A stretch of DNA of 64,000 nucleotides from Vicugna vicugna (Eukaryota). Where the stretch lies: positions 3,933,668 through 3,997,667 of the forward strand of contig MU057887.1 of assembly GCA_013265495.1 (NCBI GenBank), given 5' to 3'. Positions 63,590 through 64,000 of the stretch are shown here, piece by piece (position 1 is the stretch's first letter; each line of letters begins with the position of its first letter). Below the pieces are notes generated by a model. That model was not told the origin of the DNA. It did no database searches and worked only from the letters and a program-made list of their open reading frames with translations. The translations under genes and the position numbers were made by a program.

Positions 63590-64000
63590 TTAAAAAATGT
63601 AAGTGATATATAATACTTGGCTTTCTCTGTCTGACTTACTTCACTTAGTATGACAATCTCTGGGTCCACCCATGTTGTAGCAAATGGCATTATTTCATTC
63701 TTTGTTATGACTGAGTAGTGTTCCATTGTATAAACATACCACATCTTCTGTATCCATTCATCTATCGATGGATACTTAAGTTGCTTCCATGTCTTGGCAA
63801 TTGTGAATATGAATATTGGGGCGCATGTATCTTTTTGAATTAGTGTTTTCATCATTTCTGGATATCTGCCTTGGAGGGGGATTGCTGGATCATGTGGTAA
63901 TTCTATTTTTAGTTTTTAAAAGACCCTCTGTACTGTTCTCCACAGTGGCTGCACCAATTTACATTCCCACCAGCAGTGGAGGAGGGTTCCCTTTTCTCCA
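63590..64000 (-). mobile_element. L1 ORF2 C-terminal fragment, runs off the window
   Basis: ORF 63565..63855 (QKDTCAPIF..IAKTWKQLKYPSIDEWIQKMWYVYTMEHYS). Confidence 0.88.

Noticed and set aside
49708..64000. PPP6R2 coding start (MFWKFDL...)
   Set aside because: Not found by eye or in the ORF track; presumably beyond the window, so no PPP6R2 CDS is called.

Overview
This is mammalian genomic DNA, most likely camelid: the tRNA-derived SINEs and the young L1 tail resemble Vicugna/Camelus families. It appears orthologous to the human 22q13.33 block PLXNB2(5')-DENND6B-PPP6R2(5'). The only complete protein-coding gene is DENND6B (minus strand, 20 coding exons, all GT-AG, 1743-nt CDS, 580 aa, intact). 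To its left are the CpG-island promoter, first non-coding exon and intron 1 of the next minus-strand gene, assigned to PLXNB2 by synteny only. To its right, a CpG island at about 30.4-31.7 kb (containing a 166-N gap) starts a plus-strand gene with two 5'UTR exons (about 31420-31632 and 49581-49707), assigned to PPP6R2 by synteny and recalled similarity. Its coding exons lie beyond the window. From 22.7 kb onward the sequence is mostly L1, LTR, SINE and MIR remnants. I found no clearly new biological system. The best leads are a 70-codon spliced uORF across the PPP6R2 leader exons, a 22-bp tandem repeat that multiplies RFX X-box-like sites at the DENND6B start, an L1 carrying an 83-nt 3' transduction, a half-L1 (ORF1-only)-like element, and very short in-frame or mirtron-like DENND6B introns. 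Repeat family names are from recall of consensus sequences, not from a search.
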